Notes under the pieces: generated by a model
Seen by the model: the letters and a program-made list of their open reading frames with translations, nothing else
Told to the model about the DNA's origin: nothing
Database searches by the model: none
Shown: piece by piece, positions 43,932 through 53,467 of the stretch
Numbering within the stretch: the first letter of the stretch is position 1
Layout of the letters: every line of letters begins with the position of its first letter
Position numbers and translations under genes: made by a program
Source of the DNA: a virus
Reading direction: 5' to 3' (one strand)
IMG/VR virus record: IMGVR_UViG_3300044640_003674
Span: 4,167-68,166 of that record
DNA length: 64,000 bases

Positions 43932-46073
43932 TCAAGGCGCTCGTTTGGACAAGGCCTTGCCGACAGAGATCATGATGGTGCTCATGATCTCGACTTCATC
44001 GAGCTTGTCAGCGATCTTGTCGTTGAGCGACACGACACGCTGACGGATGCCTTCGAAGTCGAAACCAGCATCAACAAGGATCATGGCGTAGCGCATCAGC
44101 ATGTTGTTGCGATTGCCATCACCGATGTTGTTGATCACCCAGCGCTCCAGGTTGTCCATGGATTGCTGGGAATCAAGCAGCTGCTTCCGCTCTTCGTTCT
44201 TGCTGGTCTTCGGGATGAAGGGCAAGGCATCGAGCAGCATCCCGTCGTTGTACTCATGGTGACCTGGGTGGGTCATCCACTTGCGAGCACGCTGAAGGGT
44301 TGCTTTGTCGATCGGGAACGGAAGCCAGTCGGCGATGTTGCCCATGAACTCCTTGTAGTCCTTGGCGTCCATCTTCAGCTCATGACTCAGCGGCAGGATC
44401 ACACGGAAGCGGTGCTCCTCTTCCGTATGGCGCTTCGTGGTGTAGATCAAGAACTTGTAGTCCTTGAGGAGCATCTTGGCTGTGTTGATGCTCACACCGC
44501 CGTCCACGTCGAACACTGCGAGGTTGAAGCCAGGAATGGCGTTGTCCTCGTTGCGGTAGCCACCGGTGAGATGGTGGGCAACCCAGTGATGGTCGGCAAG
44601 CTGCGTCAGGCGATGCAGCTGATCGAAAGGTGCACGGACGTTCTGGTAGTCGGTGGTGATGTCAGCCGAGTAGCTGAGCACCATCTTCGACAAGTCAGTC
44701 TCCTTGAGCGTCTCACCACGCAAGAACTCGATGCCATCGCTGAAGGTCTTCTTGATGACGATGTTGTTCTTGTAGCCATAAGCCATGGCCATAGTGAGCA
44801 GCTCTTGGCGAGCACCTGCACCACCCTTGTAGAAGGGCAGATCTTCAGCCAGGTCAGCATGGGTCACATCCTGACCAACTGCAGCGATGTACTTCGCCAG
44901 CTTCACCCAGTTCTTGTCCCGTGTGAGCATCAGGGTGAAGGCCTCTCCCGAGTCTTCAGCCAGCTTGATGGCGTTGAACACATGCGCAGATGTGACTTCA
45001 GGTGCGTCGTCGATGAAGGCATAGCCTCCAGCCAACTTCAGCACCTTGAAGGCACGCTCTGCCAGCTCTCGCTTCTGGATCTCCTGGTGCTCAGGGAGCT
45101 TCTCAGCACGGTCTTCACAGTGCAGTTGATACTCATTGAGCAAGATGCAAGTTTCCTCGCTGATCACCAGCTGCTTGTTGGCATTGATGATGTCGGCCAG
45201 GTTCTCCAGTCGGTCGGCCAGCTGTTCGATGATCTTGGAGTTGGATTGACTCACACGATCGTCGTACATCTGCTTGGCTGTAGTGCGCTTGCGGTCAGCT
45301 CGACGCACATAGCCGAAGAAGCAGCGACGTGCATAGCCAGTACTGAGCATGTCCATCAGACCTTCTTCAGCACGAGCACCGTCGAACAGCTTCTGAGGCA
45401 CACCGAACATCAACAGGTTCGTCGGTGTCTTGCCCAGGATCTCTTCACTGCGAGTGTTCTCCGCAGTGTTCTTGATCAGCTTCTGTTTGATCTGGCCTTT
45501 GTCGTACAGCTCAATGAAGGTGTCGAAGACTTCCTGGTTGGCCACCAGGTTGTTGCCGACTTCATCCATGATCAGGTTGAGTGAGCCTGCATTGGCCATC
45601 AGGAGTTGATGACGCAGCTGCTTGACTGCTGGGCCGGTGCCAGAGTCGAAGCTGAACAGCGGAGGTCCGAGACGTTCGAATTCCTTGTTCAGCTTGGCGA
45701 GCTCATCGTCAGGGTCAGTGCCTTTACGAACGGCTCGCTTGTTGGCCAGCTTGGGCAGGTTCTGCTCAGCCAGCAACGGGAAGGTTTCATCGATGAAGCG
45801 GTTGCGGAACTGCTGGAGGATTTCGCCTTCCAGGACGTTCATCGATTGCGTCTTGCCGTAGCCAGACGGTGCCAGGTTCAGCACGTACATATTGACCGGC
45901 ACCTCACCCTTGTCAGGGGTAGCGATGGTGCACCGCATCTGTGCTGCTGCCAGGCAGAAGTAGTAGCCGGTCAGCAGGCGGAAGAACAGCGCGTCCTCGC
46001 GCTGGCTCTTCGCCTGCAAGATCCCCACGACCTGTTCGGACATGGGGTGGTAGGTCATCTCAGAGAAGTTCAT
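43932..46073 (-). CDS. N4 gp43-like DNA primase (Dns)
   Basis: APSGYGKT P-loop, IMDEVG, FDVDGG, YTTKRH, FRVILP, GNRNNML (PriCT-like). Confidence 0.88.
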   Translation of the reverse strand: MNFSEMTYHPMSEQVVGILQAKSQREDALFFRLLTGYYFCLAAAQMRCTIATPDKGEVPVNMYVLNLAPSGYGKTQSMNVLEGEILQQFRNRFIDETFPLLAEQNLPKLANKRAVRKGTDPDDELAKLNKEFERLGPPLFSFDSGTGPAVKQLRHQLLMANAGSLNLIMDEVGNNLVANQEVFDTFIELYDKGQIKQKLIKNTAENTRSEEILGKTPTNLLMFGVPQKLFDGARAEEGLMDMLSTGYARRCFFGYVRRADRKRTTAKQMYDDRVSQSNSKIIEQLADRLENLADIINANKQLVISEETCILLNEYQLHCEDRAEKLPEHQEIQKRELAERAFKVLKLAGGYAFIDDAPEVTSAHVFNAIKLAEDSGEAFTLMLTRDKNWVKLAKYIAAVGQDVTHADLAEDLPFYKGGAGARQELLTMAMAYGYKNNIVIKKTFSDGIEFLRGETLKETDLSKMVLSYSADITTDYQNVRAPFDQLHRLTQLADHHWVAHHLTGGYRNEDNAIPGFNLAVFDVDGGVSINTAKMLLKDYKFLIYTTKRHTEEEHRFRVILPLSHELKMDAKDYKEFMGNIADWLPFPIDKATLQRARKWMTHPGHHEYNDGMLLDALPFIPKTSKNEERKQLLDSQQSMDNLERWVINNIGDGNRNNMLMRYAMILVDAGFDFEGIRQRVVSLNDKIADKLDEVEIMSTIMISVGKALSKRAP

Positions 46074-46097
46074 GGTTTGACGGGAGTTGAAAGTTGA

Positions 46098-47099
46098 TCA
46101 GGCGCCCATGAGCAGCTCACCATTGCGGATGAGCTCATCTTTCTGGGTGCATGCCAGGAATGCAGGGCAGTACTTGCAGGCAGTGACTTGTCCGGGCACT
46201 TCCTTGATAGCGCCCAGGCCTTTGCCTTCGGTGGTCATGTAGATCACTGCGTCTTGGCGGCTGTCGAAGTTCTTCGTGGAGCGCTTCGCAGTGACATCAC
46301 CGTTCTTGTAGTACTTGAACTGAGGTTCAGAGCGCCACAGGTCTTCATCAGTGCAGGGAGGGATCTCTTCCTCCGGCGCATCGATGTAGGTTTCGATGGC
46401 GGCGATCTTGTTCTTGATGAAACGCTCGGTGTCTCCAAGGCTAAGCAAGGGGAACACCTGACGAACGAACGGCTTGGGTGGGTAGCCTGGCTCGATGCGG
46501 ACCATTCCAGCCTTCCAGTCCGTGAACAGGTAGTGGATCTCCATCTCGTTCGCTGTGATCTTCTTGGGATCGAGCCAGCGATAGATGGAGCCCTGCTGGG
46601 TGTACTTGTCTGCGTTGACCTGGTTCTTGTAGGTGAAGGTACTGGTGCTCTTGAAGTCCTGCACCTTGCCTTCACCGATGAAGTCGAACTTACCGGTGAT
46701 CGTCCACTTGCCGAGCTTGCGTTGGAGACGCTGCTCCAAGTAGACAGGGATCAGGTCCGGGTTCTTGGTCAGGAGATCTGCAGGAGGGTTGATTGCGATG
46801 CGATCGATGACACGCCTGGGATAGCCCAGGGATGTCATTGCCCTCACATAGTTGTCCTTCCAGGCACGCTCGATGGCGTCATGGATTGCGGCACCCAAGC
46901 GGTTCTTGAACTGAGCAGCCAACTCGGGCAGCCCTTCACCGGCAGGGATGCGTCCTGGCAGGATGACCTGACGCAGAGGCTTCAGCAGTGTGGTTGCACT
47001 GATGGTGAACGGATCATCGTTGTAGTCGTAGGAATCACTGGCGAGAAACACTGCCAGCGCCAGTGGGACATCAGAGACATTGGCATATGTAGCCGCCAT
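46098..47099 (-). CDS. PD-(D/E)XK exonuclease (N4 gp42-like)
   Basis: ISATTLL, G..IH, LEQR, ITGKFD...DFKST, QGSIY, CKYCPAFLAC. Confidence 0.85.
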   Translation of the reverse strand: MAATYANVSDVPLALAVFLASDSYDYNDDPFTISATTLLKPLRQVILPGRIPAGEGLPELAAQFKNRLGAAIHDAIERAWKDNYVRAMTSLGYPRRVIDRIAINPPADLLTKNPDLIPVYLEQRLQRKLGKWTITGKFDFIGEGKVQDFKSTSTFTYKNQVNADKYTQQGSIYRWLDPKKITANEMEIHYLFTDWKAGMVRIEPGYPPKPFVRQVFPLLSLGDTERFIKNKIAAIETYIDAPEEEIPPCTDEDLWRSEPQFKYYKNGDVTAKRSTKNFDSRQDAVIYMTTEGKGLGAIKEVPGQVTACKYCPAFLACTQKDELIRNGELLMGA

Positions 47100-47123
47100 G
47101 GGAATCCTTGGTTTGGTGTTGAG

Positions 47124-47441
47124 TTACTTGAGGTGCTGGTTCAGTTGAAGCCAGCGGTTCAGGCTGTTCCTGGCTTCCTCGATGTCCTGGTAATCAGGGA
47201 TTCCAGTTGAGGTTGAGCTAGACAGCAGGAGATTTCGGCTTGCGTGGTGGATGCAGCCGGATGGGTCATTGATGGCAAAGCGCTGATGTACTGAGAAGAC
47301 ATCGAACTGATTTGCATCAGGACGGGTTTCATCGGAGTCCTCTGTTGGGAACAGAGTGTTCTGCCTGCACATAGTGCAGAAGTCAGGACCTCCATCCGGT
47401 AGTAGTTCTGAACAACCGATTGACTTGCACTTGTGGACCAT
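47124..47441 (-). CDS. Hypothetical protein, N-terminal Cys cluster
   Basis: CKSIGC...CTMC, then DVFSVHQRFAINDP...HHASRNLL...QDIEEA. Confidence 0.6.
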   Translation of the reverse strand: MVHKCKSIGCSELLPDGGPDFCTMCRQNTLFPTEDSDETRPDANQFDVFSVHQRFAINDPSGCIHHASRNLLLSSSTSTGIPDYQDIEEARNSLNRWLQLNQHLK

Positions 47442-47475
47442 TTTTCTGAGAGAGAGAGTGGGACTGTGGGATTCG

Positions 47476-47499
47476 AAGAAGTGCCCCGGAGGGCACCTC
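47476..47499 (-). terminator. Hairpin after nrdJ
   Basis: GAGGUGCCC-UCCG-GGGCACUUC-UU. Confidence 0.55.
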
Positions 47500-47510
47500 T
47501 TCAGGCTGGC

Positions 47511-49451
47511 TTAAAGCGCCAGTTCACAGGCTCCAGCCGTACAGGCCAGTTCCTTCGTGTTGACCGTGGCATCAGTCGTCTCGAAGTTGGCCAGGGCATC
47601 CCAGTCGAAGCTGGGCATGCGGGCCAGGAGCGCTTCGTACTCTTCCTTGCTGCACTCGGTGTAGGGTGCTTGCTTGTAGGAGTGATCGCTGTGAGGCAGG
47701 AAGCTCACACCGGCCAGTTCATCGAAGTGCTCGAAGACCCAGGCACCAACAGCCAGCCACTCGTGATCACGCACGTAGATCGTGTTGCTCACGTTGTGCT
47801 CGCTCCAGTGACGCTGGAACATCAGGTAATGCTCCAGCTGCTGGATGGCCGTGCGGTCATTACGGAAGACTGCATGCGCAGGTGCATTGACCGGGAAGCT
47901 GAACACCGTAGTGGTTGCTTCCTTGCCGAAGGCAGGCTCATGCGGGAAGCCCTGGCTGATCATCAGCTGGGTGAGCGGGTCCTTGTTGTCGCCACGCACC
48001 GTGCGGATGTAGTACTCCGCATAGCGCTCGTGCTTACCAGAGGCAGCGTCCACCAGTTGGCTGACCGTGCCAGAAGGCTTCACCGTGGTGATTGCCGCGG
48101 CAGGGTTGATGCCCAGCTTGGCAGCCCATTCAGCGTTGACTGCGATGGCATAGGCCTTCAGCTCTTCGAGCCACTGTGAGGCTTCAGCTGTCACTTGGCT
48201 CAGAACCTCGTGGTCCATGATGCCAGTCATCGACACACCGAGCAGACGCTCTTCTTCCTGGTTTCGCTTCCAGTCATCGCGCACGTAGCGGAACTGGGTG
48301 AGCATGGACTGGTAGGTGCCCATGATCGTGGCGATTCGGACCTTCTCCTTCAGAGTGGCCAGGCTGTCACCAGCACGGACCACCACTTCAGTCAGGTTGC
48401 ACAGGCCCTTGCTTCGCAGTGCGATCTCAGCGCAAGGATTGGTACCTGCGATCAGCGAAGCAATGCGACGACCGTTCTCAGCTGCCTTCTTCTGAGCTGC
48501 CTTGCGGTTGTAGATACCACGCTCACCGGACTTGCTCTCGATCAGAGCCAGCCATTCCTTCATGAAGATCTCGGCCTGGGGACGCTCGGTGTAGACAGCC
48601 GAGTTGTTGGCCAGAGCACGTTGCGGATCAGTGTTCCACCACTGACCTGACTTGGCCACACGCATGCGGTCATCAGACAGATTGCTCAGGCTGATCAGCG
48701 CACTGCGACGGACACCACCAACAACCACGATGTCAGCGATCTTGCACACCAGGTCATGGCATTCGATCGATGTCAGGCGGCGTCCCACCGCTGCCTTGAA
48801 GGTTTCGACAGCGAAGTTGAACAGGTCCACCAGAGGTTGAGGACCAGATGCACGACCACCGAAGGTCTTCAGCTTCTCACCGGCCTTGCGAACATTGCTG
48901 ACATCCCACTTCGGGATCTTGCCGGCATACAGGTACTGCAGCAGCTCACGCAGTGCATGTGCCCAGCCACCCTTGGAGTCACGGACCACGATGGTGTGAT
49001 CCGCCTGAACCAGGTGCTCAGCCATCTCGACTTGGACCTTGCCGTCGATCAGCTTCACACCAGCACCCACGACTGGGAGCTTGGCAATGGACTGGCGTTC
49101 GACACTGAAGCCGACACCGGTGCCGCACATCAGGATGTAGAGGATCTCATCGAAGGCACGCACATCGTCGACTGCGACGAAGCTGCAGTTGAAGCCAGCG
49201 ATCGGATCACGTTCCAGTGCAGGTCCTGCGGTCATCAAGGCACGCATGCTGGGCATGGCCTTGAGATTCAGGATGGAGTCGTAGATATCAGCCTTCGGGA
49301 AGTGAGGGAACTTGTTGTCGAAGTAGTCGACGTAGCGCTGAACAGTTTCAGGCCAGGTTTCACGACGACCATCTGCTTCACGCCAGCGCGCATAGCGGCT
49401 CTTGTGAATGTATTCCTGCATCTGGGTTGGGAGGTGGGGGGTATTGCTCAT
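47511..49451 (-). CDS. nrdJ: Class II (AdoCbl-dependent) ribonucleotide reductase
   Basis: MPSMRAL, FNCS, LMCGTGVGF, VVVGGVRRSALI, TNPCAE, CNLTE, TTVKPSGT, C-terminal CTAGAC; no small-subunit gene nearby. Confidence 0.93.
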   Translation of the reverse strand: MSNTPHLPTQMQEYIHKSRYARWREADGRRETWPETVQRYVDYFDNKFPHFPKADIYDSILNLKAMPSMRALMTAGPALERDPIAGFNCSFVAVDDVRAFDEILYILMCGTGVGFSVERQSIAKLPVVGAGVKLIDGKVQVEMAEHLVQADHTIVVRDSKGGWAHALRELLQYLYAGKIPKWDVSNVRKAGEKLKTFGGRASGPQPLVDLFNFAVETFKAAVGRRLTSIECHDLVCKIADIVVVGGVRRSALISLSNLSDDRMRVAKSGQWWNTDPQRALANNSAVYTERPQAEIFMKEWLALIESKSGERGIYNRKAAQKKAAENGRRIASLIAGTNPCAEIALRSKGLCNLTEVVVRAGDSLATLKEKVRIATIMGTYQSMLTQFRYVRDDWKRNQEEERLLGVSMTGIMDHEVLSQVTAEASQWLEELKAYAIAVNAEWAAKLGINPAAAITTVKPSGTVSQLVDAASGKHERYAEYYIRTVRGDNKDPLTQLMISQGFPHEPAFGKEATTTVFSFPVNAPAHAVFRNDRTAIQQLEHYLMFQRHWSEHNVSNTIYVRDHEWLAVGAWVFEHFDELAGVSFLPHSDHSYKQAPYTECSKEEYEALLARMPSFDWDALANFETTDATVNTKELACTAGACELAL

Positions 49452-49473
49452 TGGTTTGAAAAGCTCCTGGTGA

Positions 49474-49507
49474 CAAAAAAAGCCAGTACCTCTGTAGAAG
49501 TACTGGC
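49474..49507 (-). terminator. Intrinsic terminator between thyX and nrdJ
   Basis: GCCAGUAC...GUACUGGC-UUUUUUU. Confidence 0.75.
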
Positions 49508-49589
49508 CCGATCCTTATGGATTCCATGAAGCAACCCGGAGGGTTGTTGGAATCTATTCGGGGAACTGAGTTTACTGAATATCAGTTAC

Positions 49590-50348
49590 TCAGTATTCCC
49601 CGCGAGTCAAAGCTGCCCAGGAAACTGGGAACAAAGGAGCAATGATTTCATCGACCTGGCGAGCCAGCTCTTGAATCTCCTTCTGAGCGTGAGAGTCAGC
49701 CCGTTGGTTGTAGAAATTGGCGATGGCATACAGAGAGCCAGTCCAAACCCAGTTGACTTCACAGCCCTGGGGTAGGACGAAACGTGCCTGCTCAGGACAG
49801 ATACCATCAGCCAGCATGTCCTCGTACATCTGGATTGCCTTCTCGCAGCGGACCATGTAGGCATCCCTCCAGTGATTGCTGGAATGGTGAATATCACCAG
49901 AACCCTGCTTCACGTTCGCTGCCTTGGCTCGGAAGTACTCGGGCAGGTAGTAATCCGGCCTGGTCGAGATATAGCGACGGGATTCCTCGCTCTCAGTGAA
50001 TCCGATCTTGTGTTTAAAAGCCTGGACCCGAATTGGGATTGGTGCCTGCATCCGCAAGGTGATGTGCGGGTGTGAAAACGGGACCCAGTGCTCGGGGATC
50101 TTGCGCAGGTAGGTGGCCAGTTCTTTGGCTTTCTCCCGTTCGTTAGGCTCACCGGGTGTCGCTCCCAGGTCTAGGAGTCGATTGATTAGGTATTCCCAAT
50201 CCCCGCTCTGCATACCGCGAGCCAGGAACTGGATCAGCTTGTTGTTCTGGTCTTCAGTGAAGTTCTCTGCCAGCTTGGCAAAACTCTGTCGAGCAAAGTT
50301 GGCAACATCACGGTCAGACAGGTAGTGATTCTCGTAAAGAGCTTTCAT
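49590..50348 (-). CDS. thyX: Flavin-dependent thymidylate synthase
   Basis: VANFARQSF, HWVPFSH, KHKIGFTESEESRRY (variant RHRx7S), EQARFVLP, HAQKEI. Confidence 0.92.
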   Translation of the reverse strand: MKALYENHYLSDRDVANFARQSFAKLAENFTEDQNNKLIQFLARGMQSGDWEYLINRLLDLGATPGEPNEREKAKELATYLRKIPEHWVPFSHPHITLRMQAPIPIRVQAFKHKIGFTESEESRRYISTRPDYYLPEYFRAKAANVKQGSGDIHHSSNHWRDAYMVRCEKAIQMYEDMLADGICPEQARFVLPQGCEVNWVWTGSLYAIANFYNQRADSHAQKEIQELARQVDEIIAPLFPVSWAALTRGEY

Positions 50349-50482
50349 GTACTGGTTTCAATTGGGTTGGTTTAAGGGATACAGGTATTCAACTCCTGTA
50401 TAGTGATAACCAAGACTGAATAGTCAAGGTATTCGAGAAAACGGCGGAGCCGTATTAAGTCTCAATATTCATCTGAGGACGA

Positions 50483-50890
50483 ATGAAAACTTATAGCGTC
50501 ACCCGCAAGTCGGACGGCCAGAAGGTCTACGAGTACAGCCACACCGAGCCGCTTGACATGACGGGCTTCGAGTTCGCCACCCATGAGCATCTGGAGAAAG
50601 CCGACTCACCTGCGCCAGTTGCGCCACGCGGCCCGCGTCGTCTGACCAAGCAGCAGTTCATTGACCGCATGGGCGGACCAGCTCACAAAGCCATTCTGCA
50701 AATGGCTGATGTGAATCTGGATGTCCGGGCGTTCGTTCATCGGTTTGAGAATTTGACGCCCGATCCGGATGGCACCAGCGTCGACTTGGATGACCCGCGC
50801 ACTATTGCCGGTGTGATCGCTATTGGCCCGGCTCTGGTCGCTGCAGGTGTGGTTTCTTCGGACTGGGCCGAGGGGGTGCTGAATGGCTGA
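50483..50890 (+). CDS. Putative tail-fibre assembly chaperone-like protein
   Basis: RRLTKQQFIDRM...VDLDDPRTIAGV; resembles 61616..61927. Confidence 0.6.
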   Translation: MKTYSVTRKSDGQKVYEYSHTEPLDMTGFEFATHEHLEKADSPAPVAPRGPRRLTKQQFIDRMGGPAHKAILQMADVNLDVRAFVHRFENLTPDPDGTSVDLDDPRTIAGVIAIGPALVAAGVVSSDWAEGVLNG

Positions 50891-53054
50891 GCGCTGGTGC
50901 GATCACGGCGCCTACACCGGAGGCGCTTTTACTGGCTCGATCAGCGGCGCGACGCTGACCGTCACTGCGGTGACTTCGGGGCTTGTGTGTGTTGGCTCAT
51001 GTCTTGTCGGCGCGGGAATCCTTGAAGACACGCTAATCACCGGGGCAGGAACCGGGACAGGCGGGGTGGGAACCTACACGCTCAATCGCTCATATACGCT
51101 GGCAAGCCGCGCCATGACGGCGGAAAACGGGGTGCCGTGGAGCACGCCTACTTGGGGCGTTGCGCAAGACGGTGATGGTCAGGCCAAGGGCTTGGCGACC
51201 AGTGCCACTGTAAGCATTAACCTGAGCGCCGCTACAGCGGCAGCGGGGGCAACGTTCATCGTCATGGGAGCCGTGCTGACATGTGTGGCTTCTGGTGCTG
51301 GCGCCAATCAGTTCAACGCGGGTTCGGGTGCCACGTTGGTTGCGAACTTGGTGGCGGCTATCAACCGGACCAACAACACAGTCACTTGTGCGGCACAAGC
51401 TACTGACTGGAATACCAACAATCCTGTACAGAACGTGGTTTTTGCGCGTGTTGGTACGCCGACAACTACGCTGCAGATCATGACCCGTGCAGGCTCTGCG
51501 CAGTACAACACGAGCCAGATCACCACGACCGGATTCACCGGGGGCACCTACGGTCCGTACACCTTCGCGGGCGGCGCAAGCGGCTGCTGGGGCCAGGTTA
51601 TGAACCTTGCGGCGACGATCTGGCCGAGCGGGGCAGCGCGTGCCACTTACGGACTGTTCCCAGGGCGCCTGCTTGCTGGAACCCCAGGGGGGCCGAGCGG
51701 GGGGCACTTCACGCATACGCGATCTGGCAAACGCCTTTTTGTGCATGGGACATCTGGCATCCCAGGGGTGCAAGAACTTTCTGGCACGCCAAACAGCTAC
51801 GCGGTTGTCAGGATTGACGATGGGACTCAATGGCCGGATGGCAGTGAGCCCGTGCTGACCATTTCAATAGCCAGCTCAGTCAACTCTTTTATCTTTGGTT
51901 TTGGAATGGCCTACGCCAGCATCCAGGGTCAAAAGTACCTGTCAGGCAAGCACAGCATCCGAGTCATTCCTTCTACGGCTTGGGGAGATTTCCCAGCGGG
52001 CTCTGCGACTCTCGGGGTTAACACCCGCACGGTTGTCGCGGGACTGGACTTCGATATGTCCGGACTTGTGACAAACACGAACACGAACATCCGGTTCAAC
52101 TGGGGCAGCTCAGGGCACCCCGGCGTCCTGCGTGACGTGACTTTCAGGTGCCGATCCACAAACCCATTTGTGACAGCTGACGGTAGTGCAGGGACGGTCT
52201 ATTTCGACGGTCTGACTCTTGACTCAACGGGAGCAGTGGCGCCGAACCCCCGCGTGATGGACATGCGAAGTGCTACCAATGGCGCAACGTACATCCTTCG
52301 CGGGGCGAGGATGGTTGGCTTCCTCCCAACTTCCTCGGCATTCGGTGCAGGTGACACTGTGGCGAATGAAAGCATAGTGATGATTTTCGAGGATACGCAG
52401 TGGGGCAACGTCAGTGGCCGATCAGTGCTGGTTCGCAGCATGCAAGATGGGCGCCCCTTCGGAACGTTCCTAAGCACCTTTTCCAATGGGCCGCTCAAAG
52501 AGTTTTCTCTGAATTTGGGCCACGGCTACTGCGACTGGGACGCCTCCCTGAGCTTCCCCACCTGCAATGCCCGACTTCTTGATGGCGTTACGCCCTGGTC
52601 GATCAGGGTGGCAATGTCAGTGTCAGCGCTTGCGTCAACAACCCGACCTTATGAGTTGCCGCGCTTCGCCAAGGTGAACAGCCTGCCAGACGGGGTGCGA
52701 ACCCTCTCTGTCGAGATGGCGATTGAGGACTCAATTCTGGCTACTGCTGACCGCACCGACCGCGTGTCGATGACGGTGACGTACACACAGACTGACGGCT
52801 CGACGCGGACCATTTCATCATTCAATTGGGCTGGTGCACCGCTGACGCCATCGACCGCAACGTGGTCCGCTGAGAGCGGGGGCAAAGTCGTTTTCAACCC
52901 AGGCAACATCCAGCACACAAAACGCAAGCTGTCGGTCACGACCCCGACTGCAATCAAGTCCGGCACAGAAATCGGCATTGTTGTCGGCTTCCACTTCAAC
53001 AGCAGCACGACGATGCAGACCATCTTCGTGGACCCAGAAATCACGGTGGCGTGA
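50883..53054 (+). CDS. Putative receptor-binding / tail spike protein
   Basis: 723 aa, G/T/S/A-rich, beta-rich; FTGSISGATLTVTAV...GTGTGGVGTY fibre module; atypical codon usage. Confidence 0.7.
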   Translation: MAERWCDHGAYTGGAFTGSISGATLTVTAVTSGLVCVGSCLVGAGILEDTLITGAGTGTGGVGTYTLNRSYTLASRAMTAENGVPWSTPTWGVAQDGDGQAKGLATSATVSINLSAATAAAGATFIVMGAVLTCVASGAGANQFNAGSGATLVANLVAAINRTNNTVTCAAQATDWNTNNPVQNVVFARVGTPTTTLQIMTRAGSAQYNTSQITTTGFTGGTYGPYTFAGGASGCWGQVMNLAATIWPSGAARATYGLFPGRLLAGTPGGPSGGHFTHTRSGKRLFVHGTSGIPGVQELSGTPNSYAVVRIDDGTQWPDGSEPVLTISIASSVNSFIFGFGMAYASIQGQKYLSGKHSIRVIPSTAWGDFPAGSATLGVNTRTVVAGLDFDMSGLVTNTNTNIRFNWGSSGHPGVLRDVTFRCRSTNPFVTADGSAGTVYFDGLTLDSTGAVAPNPRVMDMRSATNGATYILRGARMVGFLPTSSAFGAGDTVANESIVMIFEDTQWGNVSGRSVLVRSMQDGRPFGTFLSTFSNGPLKEFSLNLGHGYCDWDASLSFPTCNARLLDGVTPWSIRVAMSVSALASTTRPYELPRFAKVNSLPDGVRTLSVEMAIEDSILATADRTDRVSMTVTYTQTDGSTRTISSFNWAGAPLTPSTATWSAESGGKVVFNPGNIQHTKRKLSVTTPTAIKSGTEIGIVVGFHFNSSTTMQTIFVDPEITVA

Positions 53055-53458
53055 TGGGGGCAGTCTTTCGTACTCTGCTTGGGGCTGGGCTCGCTGTCGC
53101 CGACTATCCGGCAGATAGAGGGCGCATAGCGCCGGGTGTTAACGCGATCATCTCCCGTCAGTCACTACCTACGGACCCATCAGGTGTCGCAACCGTGACA
53201 TTCGCAGGCGTTCAGGCCGGCAGTGAGATCCGCGTCTACCTACCTGACTCGACAGAGGTTGCGGGTGTTGAAGGCTGCCCAGCCAACCCAACGCTTGTTT
53301 GGCCCGCCTACGTGGCCGGCTCGCCGAACAACAACGTCTACATCACGATCATCAAGCGGGGCCAGCGCTGGCTGCGCTTCAACTACACGACCACGCCAGG
53401 TGCCAAGGAGATCCCGATCTTCCAGCAGCCTGATCTGGGCTACAGCAACCCGACATAA
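53054..53458 (+). CDS. Putative virion protein
   Basis: GVQAGSEIRVY, C-terminal QQPDLGYSNP. Confidence 0.65.
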   Translation: MGAVFRTLLGAGLAVADYPADRGRIAPGVNAIISRQSLPTDPSGVATVTFAGVQAGSEIRVYLPDSTEVAGVEGCPANPTLVWPAYVAGSPNNNVYITIIKRGQRWLRFNYTTTPGAKEIPIFQQPDLGYSNPT

Positions 53459-53467
53459 GGAAATGAC

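Noticed and set aside
49452-49589. Cobalamin riboswitch upstream of nrdJ
   Set aside because: Only 138 nt with a terminator and small hairpins; no recognisable B12 box.
6309-50372. Recurring AAACCAACCAAG-like tracts before minus-strand RBSs
   Set aside because: Most simply unstructured A/C-rich translation leaders; too degenerate to call a promoter.
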